Assembly (NCBI GenBank): GCA_035283985.1
Contig: DATESQ010000018.1
Location: 344 to 64,343, forward strand
Reading direction: 5' to 3'
Length of the DNA: 64,000 nucleotides
Origin: Thermoplasmata archaeon
GTDB lineage: Archaea > Thermoplasmatota > Thermoplasmata > RBG-16-68-12
Part shown: piece after piece, positions 46,939 to 57,150 of the stretch
Layout of the letters: each line of letters opens with the position of its first letter
Position numbering within the stretch: the first letter of the stretch is position 1
The notes under the pieces: generated by a model
What the model saw: only the letters and a program-made list of their open reading frames with translations
Database searches by the model: none
What the model was told of the DNA's origin: nothing
Made by a program: the position numbers and the translations under genes

Positions 46939-48084
46939 ATGCGACGCTCCAAGCTCATGGATCTCCGGGTCCGGGACGTGATGTCTCGCAATCCGGTGAC
47001 GGCGGCGCCGGACGACGCCTTGGGCGACGTTCTCGGCAAGATGAAGCAGTATGACATCCACGAGGTCCCGGTCGTCCGCGGGAAGGAGGTCGTGGGAATC
47101 GTCACGATGGCGGGGGTCATGCGCCGAAAGGCGATCCCGCCGTCCACGAACGCAATCACGATCGCCCAGAGCTGCCCGCAGGTGTCGCCGGAGGAGGACC
47201 TCCCGACCGTTGCGGAGCGGTTGCTGACAGGCGGCTTCCGCGGGCTCCCGGTGATGGAGAAACGGCGGCTCGTTGGGATCGTGAGCCAGACGGACCTCGT
47301 CCGCGCGATTGCGGATCTGGACGAGTTCTCGGACGTCGTCGTTTCGACCGTGTCGACTCCGCACCCGCAAACCGTCCGCGAGAACGATTCCGTGGAGGTC
47401 GCGATCCGGCTCATGCAGAGCCTCGGGGAGCGGACAGTGCCCGTCACGGATGCGAACGGGAGGCTCGTCGGCGTCGTTGGCCACAAGGATGTCGCGGCTC
47501 TGTTCGCGCGGCCGAAGACGAAGGCGCGGTCCGGGGAGGCGGCAGGGGAGAGGGAGCGTCTCGCCCTCGAGGTAAAGGGGCTCATGCGGTACCCCGTGGT
47601 GACCGTCGGCCCCGGGGCGACCGTGGACCACGTCGCGGACCTGATGCTCAAGCACGACATCTCGAGCCTCGTCGTCGCGGAGAAGGACCAGCCGGCGGGA
47701 ATCGTTACGAAGCTCGACCTTGTCGAGCTCGTCGCGGGTCTCAAAGAGCGGGAAGAGCTCCTCGTCCAGATCAGCGGGCTCGAGGAACGACCCGAAGTCT
47801 ACGACAGCCTCTACGGCGTCATCCGGAAGGCGATGATGAAGATCGCCCATATCGTCACGCCGCGGACCCTCACAATCCACGTCCAGACGTACAAGGCGGA
47901 AGGGGACCGTTTCAAGTCCTCCCTCCGGGCCCGCTTCGCGACCTCGCACAAGATGTACTACCTGACCCACTTCGATTGGGACCTCCACAAGGCGATGCAG
48001 GGTCTGATGGACATCCTCGAGAAGCAGATCCTGAAGGAGAAGGAGCGGCGGGTCACGGAACGGAAGCGACATCACGGCGCGTAA
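46939..48084 (+). CDS. Protein with four CBS domains plus an uncharacterised C-terminal domain of about 100 aa.
   Basis: Four CBS-like units (…HEVPVV…, …RGLPVM…, …RTVPVT…, …SSLVVA…) followed by 'YGVIRKAMMKIAHIVTPRTLTIHVQTYKAEGDRFKSS...'. Confidence 0.65.
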   Translation: MRRSKLMDLRVRDVMSRNPVTAAPDDALGDVLGKMKQYDIHEVPVVRGKEVVGIVTMAGVMRRKAIPPSTNAITIAQSCPQVSPEEDLPTVAERLLTGGFRGLPVMEKRRLVGIVSQTDLVRAIADLDEFSDVVVSTVSTPHPQTVRENDSVEVAIRLMQSLGERTVPVTDANGRLVGVVGHKDVAALFARPKTKARSGEAAGERERLALEVKGLMRYPVVTVGPGATVDHVADLMLKHDISSLVVAEKDQPAGIVTKLDLVELVAGLKEREELLVQISGLEERPEVYDSLYGVIRKAMMKIAHIVTPRTLTIHVQTYKAEGDRFKSSLRARFATSHKMYYLTHFDWDLHKAMQGLMDILEKQILKEKERRVTERKRHHGA

Positions 48085-48103
48085 CCGCCCGAGGCGGAAC
48101 CGT

Positions 48104-48748
48104 TCATAGGGTGTGCACGTCGCGAAGGATCAGGGACCGGTCCGTGTCCGCGAAGACGCGAGGGTCAAGCGGGAGGAGCAGGCGTGCCTTGTGGTCGGCC
48201 CCGACTTTCACGAGTTTCTGAACGAACCGGATGACCTGACCGCGGTCTGTTTGGATGATAAGGTAATCGAGCCCGTCAAGGAGGACGATGCTGTCCTCCT
48301 TCCCACTGACGAACCGCTCGATTTCGTGCGCGAGGGCCTCGAGGTTCGTGGGATTCACGGCAGCCTCGCCGAAGCTCCGGCTGAGCCAGAGGATCGTCGC
48401 CGAATCGAGACGATACCGGCGACGGACGTCCTCGGGATACAGGCGCGTGAGGACGAGGCCCTTCGCACCGCGGCCTACTTCGTCCGCGAAAATCTGGAAC
48501 GCGCGGTCCGGTCCTTCGTTGGAAATCACGTATACGGTCCCGGGCTCCAAGGCGGGCTGTCCGGTTCTTCGCCGCCGGCCCGCAATCCGAGCCTTCTTTC
48601 GCCAGCGGAAAATGGGGAACGAGAGGACGACAATCGCGAGGATCACAACGAGGAGCAAGAGGAGGAGGATGTCGGGGCCGGCGTCTGCCTCACTCGCACC
48701 GGCGATCGCCATTTCCATCGGGTTGGGAAGTTCATCGATGCTCCACAT
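48104..48748 (-). CDS. DUF835-domain membrane protein.
   Basis: N-terminal TM (ILLLLLLVVILAIVVLSFPIF), then 'VYVISNEGPD...LTRLYPE...WLS...LDGLDYLI', typical of DUF835. Confidence 0.6.
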   Translation of the reverse strand: MWSIDELPNPMEMAIAGASEADAGPDILLLLLLVVILAIVVLSFPIFRWRKKARIAGRRRRTGQPALEPGTVYVISNEGPDRAFQIFADEVGRGAKGLVLTRLYPEDVRRRYRLDSATILWLSRSFGEAAVNPTNLEALAHEIERFVSGKEDSIVLLDGLDYLIIQTDRGQVIRFVQKLVKVGADHKARLLLPLDPRVFADTDRSLILRDVHTL

Positions 48749-48834
48749 AATAGCCGCGGTCCAATTCCAAAATCTGAAAACCGTGGCGGCGCGCGGGAGT
48801 AGGTCTATATGGCGCCCGGGGTTCGCGTCCCGCC

Positions 48835-49368
48835 ATGCAGCGGGAACCGCTCCGCGGTGAGCATATCATCCTCCGGCCCCTCGAGCGCGAGCACCTCGCC
48901 CGCTGTGTGAAGTGGTTCAACGACTCCGACGTCACGTACTTCCTGGGCCGCGAGGGACCCCTCACAATGGACGAGGAGGAGAGGTGGTTCAACGAGTACC
49001 GCCAAAAGATAGACGAGGAGATCTACGCGCTCCACGTCGACGACGTTCATGTCGGGAACGTAGGGCTCCATCGGATCGATCGGATGAACCGCAAGGCGGA
49101 CGTCGGGATCGTAATCGGGGAGCGGAACTACTGGTCAAAGGGATACGGCACGGACGCGATGCGGACGATCCTCCGGTACGCGTTCGACCGCCTCCGGCTC
49201 CACAAGGTCTCACTCGACGTGCTCGAGTACAATACGCGCGCCCTCCGGTCCTACGAGAAGTGTGGGTTCGTCCACGAGGGGGTGCGGCGGGACGAGCTCC
49301 TCAAGGGGAAACGCTTCGTGAACCTCGTCCGGATGTCCCTCCTCGAGAGCGAGTTCCGTCGCCGGTGA
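48835..49368 (+). CDS. GNAT N-acetyltransferase (RimJ/RimL-like).
   Basis: GNAT motif A 'VGIVIGERNYWSKGYGTDAMR'. Confidence 0.75.
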   Translation: MQREPLRGEHIILRPLEREHLARCVKWFNDSDVTYFLGREGPLTMDEEERWFNEYRQKIDEEIYALHVDDVHVGNVGLHRIDRMNRKADVGIVIGERNYWSKGYGTDAMRTILRYAFDRLRLHKVSLDVLEYNTRALRSYEKCGFVHEGVRRDELLKGKRFVNLVRMSLLESEFRRR

Positions 49369-49378
49369 CACGGCGGGC

Positions 49379-50473
49379 CTAGCCGACGACAATCAGCTCG
49401 CGCGGAGCGGTCGAGAGGACCTCGGGTTCGGACCTCGTGATCAGAACGTCGTCCTCGATGCGCACCCCGCCGAAGTCGGGGACGTACACGCCGGGCTCGT
49501 TCGTGAACACCATCCCTGCCTTCAGGACGAGCGTGCTCACAGAGTTCAGGCCCGCCCCGTCGTGCACCGCGAGGCCAAGGCTGTGGCCGACGCCGTGGAT
49601 GAACCGCCCCTTGTACTTCGTCGAGTCGATGAGGGCCCGGGCGGCAGCGTCGACGGACTTCCCCTTCACGCCGACCCGCATTTTCGCCATCGCGGCGTCC
49701 TGCGCCCGCCGGACGGTCTCGTACATCTCCCGGTGCTTCGCCGTCACCGCGCCGACGACGACGGTCCTCGTGATGTCGGAGTGGTACATGCCGTACAGCG
49801 CCCCGTAGTCGATCACGACAAAGTCCCCGCGCTCGAGCTTCCGGGCTCCCGCCGTATAGTGGGGCTCCGCGGAATTCGGGCCGGACCCGACGATCGTCCG
49901 GAACGAGGCGCCCATAGCACCGTTCTTCTGCATCGTGTAGACGAGCTCCGCCGCGATCTCGCCCTCGGTGCGCCCGATCTCGATGAACGGGAGGATCTGC
50001 TCAAGCGACCGCGACGCGATATCGCATGCGCGGCGGATCTTCTCGACCTCCGCCGCGTCCTTCACGAGCCGGGCTTTCATCACGGCGTCCGCGACGTCGA
50101 CGAACTTCGCTGTCGGCGCGAGGCTCCTCAGCTCGAGAAACGCCCGGTGTGTTATCTCGGAGCCGTTGATTCCGATCGTCCGCCCGCCCTTGACCAGGCG
50201 CTTCATCTCCGCGAGGCGCTCGTCTCGAGTTCGATACACGCTAAGGGGAAGCCCGCCCTTCTTCGCGGCCTCCTCCTCGAGGGCTGACGTGATGATCTCG
50301 CACCGTCCGTCCGGGAAGAGCCACGCCGTGCAACCCTCGAACAGACCGTCCGTGAGGCCCGTCGCGTAGAAGAACGACATGTCAATGTGCGGCTCCGTGG
50401 CGTTCGAGAACACGATGACGTCCGGCAAGCGGTCGAGGTGACGATAGATTGCGGTCACCCGGTTCTGTACCAC
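49379..50473 (-). CDS. M24-family metallopeptidase (Xaa-Pro aminopeptidase/prolidase-like).
   Basis: 'HGVGHSLGLAVHDG', 'NEPGVY' and 'IEDDVLIT' pita-bread motifs. Start uncertain (GTG 50473 proposed). Confidence 0.75.
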   Translation of the reverse strand: MVQNRVTAIYRHLDRLPDVIVFSNATEPHIDMSFFYATGLTDGLFEGCTAWLFPDGRCEIITSALEEEAAKKGGLPLSVYRTRDERLAEMKRLVKGGRTIGINGSEITHRAFLELRSLAPTAKFVDVADAVMKARLVKDAAEVEKIRRACDIASRSLEQILPFIEIGRTEGEIAAELVYTMQKNGAMGASFRTIVGSGPNSAEPHYTAGARKLERGDFVVIDYGALYGMYHSDITRTVVVGAVTAKHREMYETVRRAQDAAMAKMRVGVKGKSVDAAARALIDSTKYKGRFIHGVGHSLGLAVHDGAGLNSVSTLVLKAGMVFTNEPGVYVPDFGGVRIEDDVLITRSEPEVLSTAPRELIVVG

Positions 50474-50623
50474 AGCTTTCCCCAGCCCGTCGCAAGGCCC
50501 GGTTCTGGAAAAAGGTTTGGACCGTCCCGGGATGGGATCAGTGCGGGCGAAGTCCTTCCTTCGGGTCCACCTCCACGGTCGTGCCGGAATCATTTAAGCG
50601 GGCCCCGCCCGTTCCGACGCCCG

Positions 50624-50965
50624 ATGGCGCGGCGCCGGAGGCGGGGCTCGGAGCGACGGATTGCCCTCGAGCGGATCGAGATTCTGTTCCGGCTCGCGGA
50701 GAAGGAGGCACTTCGCGGGAACGGGTCGCGAGCGAACCGGTACGCGTCCCTTGCAGCGAAAATCGGCATGCGGTACAACGTCCGAGTCCCGCGGGAGTTC
50801 AAGCGGCGGTACTGTCGGAAGTGCCATGCCTTTCTCGTACCCGGCGTGAACTGCCGCGTGCGGGTCTCCCGCGGGAAAATCACGTCGACGTGCGCGCTCT
50901 GCGGAGACATCCGCCGCTTCGCCTATGTCCGCGAGCAAGCGGCCCGACGGGCGGAGCGTCAGTAG
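50624..50965 (+). CDS. rnp4: RNase P protein component 4 (Rpp21).
   Basis: 'RYCRKCHAFLVPGVNCRVRV...CALCG' is the Rpp21 zinc ribbon. ATG 50624 verified. TTTAAG TATA-like box at about 50592. Confidence 0.8.
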   Translation: MARRRRRGSERRIALERIEILFRLAEKEALRGNGSRANRYASLAAKIGMRYNVRVPREFKRRYCRKCHAFLVPGVNCRVRVSRGKITSTCALCGDIRRFAYVREQAARRAERQ

Positions 50966-51783
50966 CTCGTCGTCATGTCGATCTTGCCGGCCTTCCGCGC
51001 AAGATATTCTCCGAGCTTGAAAACTCCGAGCGACAGGAGGAAGAAGGTCAGGCCCGACGCGAGCAGCAGCACGAGGATTCCCAAATCCGAGAAGTCCAGG
51101 AGTCCCGTCGAAATGTCATTCGCTGGCAGCAGAACCCGGTGGATCAAGTCAAACCAGTACGTGAGCGGTATCGCGCGGCTAATTCCCCATGCCCATGGCG
51201 GGAGGACGGTCAACGGGACCAGGACTCCGCAGAATACGTAGAAAATGCCAGGGATCCCTTGGGCGAGGCCTTGGGTGTGCCTCGCGATCATGAAGGAAAC
51301 ACCCGCCAGGCAAATGCCGATCGAGATGAGGCAGAACAAACCGAGCAGCAACGATGCGAGGAACAACGGGAACTCCGAGGACGTGAACTCGACACGAACA
51401 CCCAAGGCGAAGACACCGAACGCAATCGTGATGAGGACCGCGAGAGCGGCGACCGCGACCTTCGTCGACGCACGACCCACGATATATGTGTAATACGAAA
51501 TCGGCGAGACGTAGACGTAGCGGATCGTCTGATACCATTCCCGGTCCGACTGGACCACTTCGAACGTCCCTATTACAGCGCTCCCTACGAAGATGAAGAA
51601 GGCGTTTCCGACGAAGATGAAAGCGAACATGTCGGGATCTTGCAACCCACTGACCACGGCAAACACGAGATACATCAGGACCAGAATGAACGCTCCCGCC
51701 ACTGGCTTAACGACGCTGTACACTGCGAAGAGCCAAGGCTCGGTCCAGTTCGAGTCCATCTGCCAGCCGAGCCAGGCAGCCAC
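50959..51783 (-). CDS. ABC-2 type transporter permease.
   Basis: Six TM helices, ABC-2 family pattern, directly downstream of a second permease and an ATPase. Confidence 0.7.
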   Translation of the reverse strand: MAAWLGWQMDSNWTEPWLFAVYSVVKPVAGAFILVLMYLVFAVVSGLQDPDMFAFIFVGNAFFIFVGSAVIGTFEVVQSDREWYQTIRYVYVSPISYYTYIVGRASTKVAVAALAVLITIAFGVFALGVRVEFTSSEFPLFLASLLLGLFCLISIGICLAGVSFMIARHTQGLAQGIPGIFYVFCGVLVPLTVLPPWAWGISRAIPLTYWFDLIHRVLLPANDISTGLLDFSDLGILVLLLASGLTFFLLSLGVFKLGEYLARKAGKIDMTTSY

Positions 51784-51827
51784 CTTGAAGGTCCGCCAGT
51801 GAATCCTAGCGGTCGATGAGAGCGCCC

Positions 51828-52772
51828 CTACTGATGCCGTGAGGTTAACCTCCCTTCCCGCCGCGCCAGCGTTTCGAGGTACGCGAGGGCGTACCGCGCG
51901 AGTAGCAGGAACACCACCGCTAGGACGAGAAGAATCCCGAGCTCGATTTCGGGGGTGAACTTCACGCCAAATGCGTCAATGGGGAGAGAAAAGGCGCCTG
52001 GAAAGATCATCTGGCGCATCGCATCGAGCCCGACCGTCGCAGGAATGAACGTCGCAAATGTGAGCACCGCCCGACCCCAACCTCCCATTCGAGCGAACCC
52101 GCCCGCCGGGAAGTTGAAGCCGCTCGCGAAGTAGATCGGCTCCTCGAGGAGCGCGGACAGATGCCACGCCTCTCGACCCCAGAGGAGATAGAGCGAGGCG
52201 AGCGCCATCCCCATTCCGTACAGGGCGATGAGGGTCACGAAGAAGACAGCAAGGACGAGGAACGGGTTCGTGACCTGCAAGATGACGGAGAACACCACCA
52301 CGCCAACGACGAGCGTCGTCATCGCGCGGACGGACGTCATGAACATCCCTCCGACTGCCATCCCTCCGAGGAGGGCCATGCGAGACATCGGCGCCATCAT
52401 GTACAGCTGGAGGTTCCCGATCTCCTTTTCCCAGTAGAGCTGGGAGGCCATCGACCAGAGAACATTGAGCCAGAACGCGGTCATCGTGCCCCCGAGCACG
52501 ACCCCACCGATTAGGGCATTCGTCCCCGCAATCGTCGCGGCTCTCTGCGCCTCCGTGAGCGCCGGGTCCAAGAGGACGCGATTCGCGAGCGCCTGGTAGA
52601 TGAAGACGTACGCGGCGATGCCGAGGAGAGGGAGGACTGCCTCGAAAAAGACCCACGAGGGCTCGCGGTTCGCGCCAATCACCCGCGGGTAGGCGCGCCC
52701 GACGACCGCCTTGAGATTCAGTCGCAGACGGTGCGACAATCCCGAAGGTACGGCAGGCGTCCCGACGCTCAT
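51828..52772 (-). CDS. ABC-2 type transporter permease.
   Basis: Multi-TM; 4-nt overlap with the upstream ATPase gene. Confidence 0.7.
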   Translation of the reverse strand: MSVGTPAVPSGLSHRLRLNLKAVVGRAYPRVIGANREPSWVFFEAVLPLLGIAAYVFIYQALANRVLLDPALTEAQRAATIAGTNALIGGVVLGGTMTAFWLNVLWSMASQLYWEKEIGNLQLYMMAPMSRMALLGGMAVGGMFMTSVRAMTTLVVGVVVFSVILQVTNPFLVLAVFFVTLIALYGMGMALASLYLLWGREAWHLSALLEEPIYFASGFNFPAGGFARMGGWGRAVLTFATFIPATVGLDAMRQMIFPGAFSLPIDAFGVKFTPEIELGILLVLAVVFLLLARYALAYLETLARREGRLTSRHQ

Positions 52773-53785
52773 TCGAGGCCCCTCCCGACCATGCTAATGA
52801 ACACGTCCTCAAGCGTTGGTTCCGACTTCTGGAGGTAGTGGACCTTCGAGCCTTGGCCCTGGATCGTCGACAGAATGTCCGCCACTGCGGCCTCATCCTC
52901 CAGGATGAAAGTCAGGTTTGTCGTGTTCTTCCCGATGTCGTTCTTTGCCGAGAAGTTCTTGATGCCCACGATCCCGCCGAAGATCGACGTCGACTTCAGC
53001 GCGTCGACCTCAAGTCGGAACGTTGTGTCCTTCCGAATCCGTCGCTTCAGGTTCTCGGGCGAGTCACAGGCGAGGATCTTGCCGTGGTCGATGACGGCAA
53101 TCCGATCGCACATCTCGTCCGCCTCCATCATGTAATGCGTCGTGAGGAGGACGGTCTTCCCGGTTCTTTTCCGAACCCACTGCATCACGTAGTCCCGGGT
53201 CACCCGGCTCGCGTTCACGTCGAGACCGAGCGTGGGCTCGTCGAGGAACAAGATCTCCGGGTCCGTCACGAACCCACGGATCATGTTCATCTTTTGTCGC
53301 TGGCCGCTCGACAGCGTGCGGACTTTCGCGTCCCGCTTTTCCCACAAGCCGAACGTGTGGAGGAGCTCGTCGATTCGTTCCTTCGCGACCTTGCTCGGGA
53401 CCCCGTAGAACTGGGAGAACATCCAGACGTTCTCGCGGGTCGTCAGGAGCCCGTAGCCGCTCGTCTCCCCGCCGCTCACCATGTTGATCTTCTCGCGAAT
53501 CGGGAACACGTCCCTCGTCACCTCGTGGCCCGCCACCCAGGCTTGGCCGGTCGTCGGGAGGAGGAGCGTGCAGAGAATCTTGATCAAGGTCGTCTTCCCC
53601 GCCCCGTTCGGCCCGAGGAGGCCGAACAGCTCGCCCTCTGCGATCTGGATGGAGACATGGTCCAGGGCGGTCACCGGGCCCTCCTTCCACTCGTTCTCGC
53701 CGGTCGAGCTTCGCTTCCTCTTGATGAGCTTCCGCGGTGGCTTGAAGACCCGTACGAGGTCCTTCGCTTCAATCGCAAACGTCAT
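52769..53785 (-). CDS. ABC transporter ATP-binding protein.
   Basis: Walker A 'GLLGPNGAGKTT', signature 'LSSGQRQK', Walker B 'ILFLDEPT'. Confidence 0.9.
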   Translation of the reverse strand: MTFAIEAKDLVRVFKPPRKLIKRKRSSTGENEWKEGPVTALDHVSIQIAEGELFGLLGPNGAGKTTLIKILCTLLLPTTGQAWVAGHEVTRDVFPIREKINMVSGGETSGYGLLTTRENVWMFSQFYGVPSKVAKERIDELLHTFGLWEKRDAKVRTLSSGQRQKMNMIRGFVTDPEILFLDEPTLGLDVNASRVTRDYVMQWVRKRTGKTVLLTTHYMMEADEMCDRIAVIDHGKILACDSPENLKRRIRKDTTFRLEVDALKSTSIFGGIVGIKNFSAKNDIGKNTTNLTFILEDEAAVADILSTIQGQGSKVHYLQKSEPTLEDVFISMVGRGLE

Positions 53786-53850
53786 GGTCCGCTTCGTGCC
53801 ACGGTGCTGTGCGGAGCCACCCTCCCGAGAAGCACGGAGACTTGCGGGGA

Positions 53851-54054
53851 TCAGGACGCCCGTAAGAGTTGGCGGTAGCGAGTCACGTAGCCGGCGATCT
53901 TGTTCCGCATCCGCTGGTATTGTACGTCCGTGAGCTCGTCGACCTTCCGCTTGTTGTGCTCGAAGTCGTCCGTGAACTCGTTCGGGTACAACTTGACCAG
54001 TTCAATCGCGACGCGCTTGATGTAGGTCGGCCGGATGTTTCCCAATTCGTTCAC
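53851..54054 (-). CDS. rps17e: Ribosomal protein S17e.
   Basis: '[38 protein letters not shown]' is the eS17 N-terminus. Confidence 0.85.
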   Translation of the reverse strand: MNELGNIRPTYIKRVAIELVKLYPNEFTDDFEHNKRKVDELTDVQYQRMRNKIAGYVTRYRQLLRAS

Positions 54055-54316
54055 TCCACATGAGTTCGTGGCGAACGCGTCCGATGAGCGGCTTCTATTT
54101 CAACGTTGCGCGGGGGAGGGCGAAGAGCGGCTATCCGTTCGACACCGTCGTTCCGTCGGAGGACGGACCCACCGTCCGACCTCCGCGGGACCGGCGGGCC
54201 GCGAAACCAACGCCATTAGTGCAATCGTCGCGAACCCGGTCGGCAACGCTTATATAGAGAACCCCTTTACGCTTTTTTCAAGTTGTAGCACGCGTGACGA
54301 ACGCGGAGGGCATTCC

Positions 54317-54484
54317 ATGGAAGAGTCGCTGGTCAATGTCGAGTTCATAAAGAGCTCGAACCGCTACATCGCGCGGATCCAGAGCGAGATCGGCGGGGTG
54401 CGGGAGTACACCAGCAACTCTTTCGAGGAGGTCCTCGAGCAGGTCGTAATCGACCTGCAGGAAGAGGCCGAGTCGTACGAGTAG
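54317..54484 (+). CDS. Small acidic hypothetical protein (55 aa).
   Basis: Verified ATG with GGAGGG 8 nt upstream and a TATA-like CTTATATAG about 60 nt upstream. No family recognised. Confidence 0.4.
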   Translation: MEESLVNVEFIKSSNRYIARIQSEIGGVREYTSNSFEEVLEQVVIDLQEEAESYE

Positions 54485-55261
54485 TCACTCGCCCTTGAAG
54501 GCGGGTTTTCGCTTCTCCAAGAACGCGCGCATCCCTTCGACTTTGTCCTCCGTCGCACCGGCGAGCCCGAACGCCTCCGTTTCGAACGAGAGGCCGGCGC
54601 TCAAGGACGTCTCGAGGGCTTGATGGATCGCAGCCTTCGCAAGCGCGATCGCGCGGGGACCCTTCTCGAGAATCTTGCGGGCCATCGCCTTTGCCTCCTC
54701 GAGGAGCCGTTCGTGAGCGACGACGTGGTTCACGAGGCCGATTCGCTCCGCGGTCGCGGCGTCAATGGCATCGCCGGTGAAGACGAGCTCCGAGGCCCAG
54801 CCCGCGCCGACGAGGCGCGCCATACGCTGCGTCCCGCCAAATCCGGGAAGGATCGCGAGGTTTACCTCCGGCTGGCCGATCTTCGCGCGGTTCGATGCGA
54901 GCCGGATGTCGCACGCGAGTGCGAGTTCGCAGCCCCCGCCCAGAGCATAGCCGTTGATCGCGGCGATAATCGGCTGCGGCGCTTTCGCCATGACCTCGCC
55001 GACCCGGCGGCCCTTCTGCGAGAAGTCCCGCATCTCGACGCCCGATTTCCCAACCATCTCTGCGATGTCCGCGCCCGCGACGAACGCCTTCTCCCCGCCG
55101 CCCGTGAGGATCACGACGCCGACATCCTTCCGGCGCGCGATCGACGTGAATGTCTGCGTGAGCTCATCGAGGACCTCCGAGTTCAGCGCATTCACCGGCG
55201 GGCGGTCAATCGTGACGAGGGCGATCCGCCCCGCGACGTCGACCTTCACGAATCCCGCCAT
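54485..55261 (-). CDS. Enoyl-CoA hydratase (crotonase family).
   Basis: 'VGVVILTGGGEKAFVAGADI' and 'INGYALGGGCELALACD' crotonase motifs. Confidence 0.85.
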   Translation of the reverse strand: MAGFVKVDVAGRIALVTIDRPPVNALNSEVLDELTQTFTSIARRKDVGVVILTGGGEKAFVAGADIAEMVGKSGVEMRDFSQKGRRVGEVMAKAPQPIIAAINGYALGGGCELALACDIRLASNRAKIGQPEVNLAILPGFGGTQRMARLVGAGWASELVFTGDAIDAATAERIGLVNHVVAHERLLEEAKAMARKILEKGPRAIALAKAAIHQALETSLSAGLSFETEAFGLAGATEDKVEGMRAFLEKRKPAFKGE

Positions 55262-55265
55262 GGGC

Positions 55266-56138
55266 TCACTTCTCGCCCGTGTAATCGTATACGCCCCGCC
55301 CGGACTTCCGGCCGAGCCGGCCCGCTCGGACGTACTTCCGCAGGAGGGGCGAGGGTCGGAACTTCGGGTCCCCCGTCTCCCGGTACAGGACCTCCATCAC
55401 GTCGAGGCCGACGTCGAGGCCCGTATAGTCCGCAAGTTCGAATGGACCCATCGGCATGTTCGTGCCGAGCTTCATCGCCTTGTCGATGTCTTCCGGGCTC
55501 GCGACGCCCTCCATGAGGAGGTTGAACGCCTCGTTCATCATCGGGACGAGAAGGCGGTTCACGACGAACCCGGGGGCCTCCATCACGTCGACGGGCTCCT
55601 TCCCGAGCTTTATCGCGAACGCCCTCGCGAACGCGACCGATGCGTCGCTCGTCTCGGAGCCCCGGATCAATTCGATGAGCCTCATCACGGGCGCGGGGTT
55701 GAAGAAGTGCATCCCGACGAACCGGTCCGGCCGCCTCGTCGAATTCGCCATCTCCGTGATGCTGAGGGACGACGTGTTCGACGCGAAGATCACGTCGGCC
55801 GGGCAGAGTTCGTCAAGCTCCGCGAAGAGGGCCTTCTTCGGATCCATCTTCTCGATGATCGCCTCGATGACGACCTGCGCGCCGGCTACAGCCTCCCTGA
55901 GGTCCACGGTGCCCTTGATGTTCGCAAGGATCCGGTCGACGTCCTCCTCTGTCATCTTCCCCTTGTCGACGCGCTTCATCAGCGGCTCTCGGATCCGGCG
56001 GAACCCGCCATCGACGAACCGTTGCTCGATGTCCCGCATCGCGACCTGGTAGCCCGCCTGGGAGCACACCTGCGCGATCCCCGCGCCCATCGCCCCCGCG
56101 CCGATGACCGCGACCTTCCGGACCTGATTCACATCCAT
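55266..56138 (-). CDS. 3-hydroxyacyl-CoA dehydrogenase (NAD-binding).
   Basis: 'VAVIGAGAMGAGIAQV' Rossmann motif plus 3HCDH C-domain. Confidence 0.85.
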   Translation of the reverse strand: MDVNQVRKVAVIGAGAMGAGIAQVCSQAGYQVAMRDIEQRFVDGGFRRIREPLMKRVDKGKMTEEDVDRILANIKGTVDLREAVAGAQVVIEAIIEKMDPKKALFAELDELCPADVIFASNTSSLSITEMANSTRRPDRFVGMHFFNPAPVMRLIELIRGSETSDASVAFARAFAIKLGKEPVDVMEAPGFVVNRLLVPMMNEAFNLLMEGVASPEDIDKAMKLGTNMPMGPFELADYTGLDVGLDVMEVLYRETGDPKFRPSPLLRKYVRAGRLGRKSGRGVYDYTGEK

Positions 56139-56256
56139 CTCGGGCCCCTCCCTGGCTCAGGAACGTGACACGTTATTTGAAGGTAGCCACAGGACCCACG
56201 GACGGAGCGCCGCGACCCGCGAACCTACATAAGCGGGACGCCGCATCGCCACCTAG

Positions 56257-57150
56257 ATGGCACGGGGGCCGTACGCGGCCATCGCGGTGGCGATCGTCGC
56301 CGTCTCGTTCTCCTCGATTTTCATCCGGTGGTCGACGTCGGATGCAATCACGATCGCGCTCTACCGGCTCACGTTCGCGTCCCTCATCCTGATCCCGTTC
56401 GCGGCGGGGGACCGCTCGACGCCGTTGCAGCAAGTCCGGAAGCGGGATCTCGCCCTCATGGCGGGGATTGGCGTCGCACTCGCGGCCCACTTCGCGTTCT
56501 GGATCACATCACTGAAGACGGAGGGCGTCACCGTCGCAAGCTCCGTCGTCCTCGTCACGTCCCATCCTGTGTTCGTCGCCATTGTCTCGCATTTCGCGAT
56601 GGGGGAACGGGTGAGCGCACCGACCGCCGTCGGAATCGGCCTCGGATTCACGGGCGTGACCGCGATTGCCGTCGCGGACGCGGCCATCTCGAGCACGACA
56701 GTCGTCGGCGACGTGTTCGCGTTCCTCGGGGGCATCATGGCGGGAATTTACTTCCTCGCGGGTCGACGACTCCGGCAGCGCGTCTCGCTTCCCGTCTACG
56801 CGCTCGTCGTCTACTCGACCGCCGCGATCACGCTGTTCGTCCTCGCGGCCGCCGCGGGAGCCCTCCTCCCGACCGGCGATCTCCGTCGAGAGCTCGTCCT
56901 GTTCCTCGCGATGGCGGCAATCCCGCAGATTGGCGGCCATACCCTGTATAACTGGTCCCTCCGCTTCGTAACCGCACCCGTCGTGTCCCTCAGCCTCGTG
57001 GGCGAACCGATCGGATCGTCACTCCTCGCATGGCTCCTTCTCGCGGAAACGCCCACGACGCTCGTCGCGCTCGGAGGATTCCTGGCGCTGGCGGGCATCT
57101 TCCTGACGGCGTACTCGAGCTACTCCGGACTCGCGTCATCGAAAGCCTAG
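56257..57150 (+). CDS. EamA/DMT-family transporter.
   Basis: Ten TM helices; two EamA-like halves. Confidence 0.7.
   Translation: MARGPYAAIAVAIVAVSFSSIFIRWSTSDAITIALYRLTFASLILIPFAAGDRSTPLQQVRKRDLALMAGIGVALAAHFAFWITSLKTEGVTVASSVVLVTSHPVFVAIVSHFAMGERVSAPTAVGIGLGFTGVTAIAVADAAISSTTVVGDVFAFLGGIMAGIYFLAGRRLRQRVSLPVYALVVYSTAAITLFVLAAAAGALLPTGDLRRELVLFLAMAAIPQIGGHTLYNWSLRFVTAPVVSLSLVGEPIGSSLLAWLLLAETPTTLVALGGFLALAGIFLTAYSSYSGLASSKA

Noticed and set aside
46864-48075. 403-aa minus-strand ORF
   Set aside because: Antisense to the CBS-domain gene, which has clear domain structure; junk composition.
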